DNA of 26,107 nt from NCBI GenBank assembly GCA_044356215.1, contig JBIKWQ010000049.1, positions 1-26,107 on the forward strand, in the 5' to 3' direction. How positions within the stretch are numbered: the first letter of the stretch is position 1; each line of letters begins with the position of its first letter. Both the position numbers and the translations under genes were made by a program. This document shows positions 24,849-26,107 of this stretch, piece by piece. Origin of the DNA: Bdellovibrionota bacterium (GTDB lineage Bacteria > Bdellovibrionota_C > UBA2361 > OMII01). A model generated the notes under the pieces. That model searched no databases, was not told the DNA's origin, and was given only the letters and a program-made list of their open reading frames with translations.

Positions 24849-26105
24849 TTATCCGTTGCATTGACTTTGGCAGATAGGAGGGCCACTAAAGTTGCACGAG
24901 TAGTTGACGCTGCCCTCCGGAAAACATCGAGCCGAGCCGGTGCCGAGGCCGCACATCCACCAGTTGCCGGTGTAGGTTACCTGGCAGCTTCCATTCCCCC
25001 CTCCTGTATTGCAGCAATTTTCACAGGAGTTGCAGCGATCAATTAAGCAGGTACGAAGCGCCTCTAAGCTACTACATGGAGTAGTCTCATCCCAGATAAA
25101 CATTCCGCCACAAGCTGCATGGCCAATCCAGAAATTAGGAGGAGGCGGTTCGCACAGACGCCCCCCGCAGTTAGAAACTTGTTCGCAGTCAGGAGTCTCT
25201 TGTGGGTCAGGAAATTCTCGAGGACAACAAAACAGGTTATCTGGACATAAAATGTGGTCTTCTGGACATTTAGGTGGATCCGAGGGGCAGGTCCCACCAA
25301 ACTGTGCCTTGTCCACACAGACTGAACCTCCGCTTCTAATCGGTGGATTAGCATTTGCTGGAGCAGTAAACGGCACGCAGCAGTGGGTGCTTGCACAATT
25401 ACCAAACGGCGGGGTCCCGTTCGGATCGTCTGGATGACTCGCATCTCCACACATCGGAACTGCTCCCCGTGGACAGCCGTAGTAGTCACAGTTGCAGCAC
25501 TGTGGCGGGCACGTGTCAGGTTGTCCGGCAGTTATGCACTGACAGTTTTGGCACTCGCCAGCGCCACTAGAGTTTCCGCCTCCGTCGCTTGATTGGTTGC
25601 CACCATCACTTGAGCCTCCTCCGGAGCTGTTGTTACCTCCGCAATCCCAGTAAGACAAGGCGCAGGTGGTTTGTGGGCAAGGAGGCCTGCCTGTCTCATC
25701 GTTCGGACAGCAGGTGCAGGGTTCGTTACTGCAGCTAAAGGTTCCTTTAGCCTCTTCTTGCCGACAAACATTTGAGCACGCCTCGCGCGTAAGCGGTTTA
25801 GGAGCATACCTTTGCCCGTTACAGCAGACACAGTCGCGAGTTTCGTCGCTCGAGTTGCTGCCGCCCCCATCGCTACTTGCGCCGTCACTGCCACCACTAC
25901 CGTCGCTACCACCACTGCCGTCTGAGCCGTCGCTGCCACCACTGCCGTCTGAGCCGTCGCTGCCACCACTGCCGTTTGAGCCGTCGCTGCCACCACTGCC
26001 GTTTGAGCCGTCGCTGCCACCACTGCCGTTTGAGCCGTCGCTGCCACCACTGCCGTTTGAGCCGTCGCTACCACCACTGCCGTCTGAGCCGTCGCTGCCA
26101 CCACT
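24849..26105 (-). CDS. 5'-truncated Cys-rich protein with Gly/Ser/Asp/Asn repeat linkers
   Basis: The frame of ORF 24849..25658 is open to the window end: ...(GSGGSDGSN/D)n...GGGSNSSDETRDCVCCNGQRYAPKPLTREACSNVCRQEEAKGTFSCSNEPCTCCPNDETGRPPCPQTTCALSYWDC... TTG 25658 is therefore internal. Confidence 0.85.
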   Translation of the reverse strand, partial: SGGSDGSDGSGGSDGSNGSGGSDGSNGSGGSDGSNGSGGSDGSNGSGGSDGSDGSGGSDGSDGSGGSDGSGGSDGASSDGGGSNSSDETRDCVCCNGQRYAPKPLTREACSNVCRQEEAKGTFSCSNEPCTCCPNDETGRPPCPQTTCALSYWDCGGNNSSGGGSSDGGNQSSDGGGNSSGAGECQNCQCITAGQPDTCPPQCCNCDYYGCPRGAVPMCGDASHPDDPNGTPPFGNCASTHCCVPFTAPANANPPIRSGGSVCVDKAQFGGTCPSDPPKCPEDHILCPDNLFCCPREFPDPQETPDCEQVSNCGGRLCEPPPPNFWIGHAACGGMFIWDETTPCSSLEALRTCLIDRCNSCENCCNTGGGNGSCQVTYTGNWWMCGLGTGSARCFPEGSVNYSCNFSGPPICQSQCNG

Positions 26106-26107
26106 GC
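25909..26107 (-). repeat. 27-bp (9-aa GSGGSDGS[D/N]) tandem repeat, 7 full copies plus a partial copy running off the window
   Basis: CCACCACTGCCGT(C/T)TGAGCCGTCGCT(G/A) starts at 25909, 25936, 25963, 25990, 26017, 26044 and 26071, with a partial copy at 26098. Confidence 0.97.

Noticed and set aside
3321..25592. Numerous short ORFs antisense to or overlapping the called genes (e.g. 3321..3779, 5545..5979, 9927..10382, 11381..11857, 11887..12384, 16849..17199, 25009..25437)
   Set aside because: They overlap genes with strong family motifs and show no motifs of their own.
25532..26104. 190-aa VVAATAQTA-repeat ORF
   Set aside because: Alternative frame of the 27-bp repeat. The GSGGSDGSN frame runs uninterrupted into the Cys-rich domain.
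25909..26107. Possible CRISPR array (also considered for 1..600)
   Set aside because: Head-to-tail repeats without unique spacers, lengths divisible by 3, inside coding frames, and no cas genes.

Overview
Bacterial genomic window, most likely from a diderm (Gram-negative) organism. It has no rRNA, tRNA, CRISPR array or transposase. Both ends cut through large low-complexity proteins that are probably secreted. On the left is a Thr/Pro/Ser/Asp-rich mucin-like protein with a 108-bp tandem repeat (frame open from base 2). On the right is a Gly/Ser/Asp-repeat, very Cys-rich protein with a 27-bp tandem repeat (frame open to the window end). Between them, mostly on the minus strand, lie: an AAA_14/DUF4143 ATPase whose last 15 residues are encoded by a 178-bp palindromic MITE-like element; a tightly coupled six-gene operon of four alkaline-phosphatase-superfamily enzymes, an EMC3/TMCO1(DUF106)-like membrane protein and a 73-aa protein sharing a C-terminal L-x-x-LGYL tail with one of the enzymes; mgsA; a CDF transporter; a redoxin and DsbD separated by a repeat-filled spacer bounded by inverted repeats; a GT39 protein O-mannosyltransferase-like enzyme fused to an NPCBM domain; an FG-GAP protein with a PT linker; and a MauG-like di-heme enzyme beside a small lipoprotein. 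That lipoprotein has a start-less paralog missed by the ORF track. The best candidates for undescribed systems are the AlkP/LGY/Oxa1-like operon, the PMT-NPCBM glycosylation system with local Thr/Ser-rich substrates, and the MauG-like enzyme with Trp-conserved partners. All family assignments come from reading motifs by eye, not from database searches.
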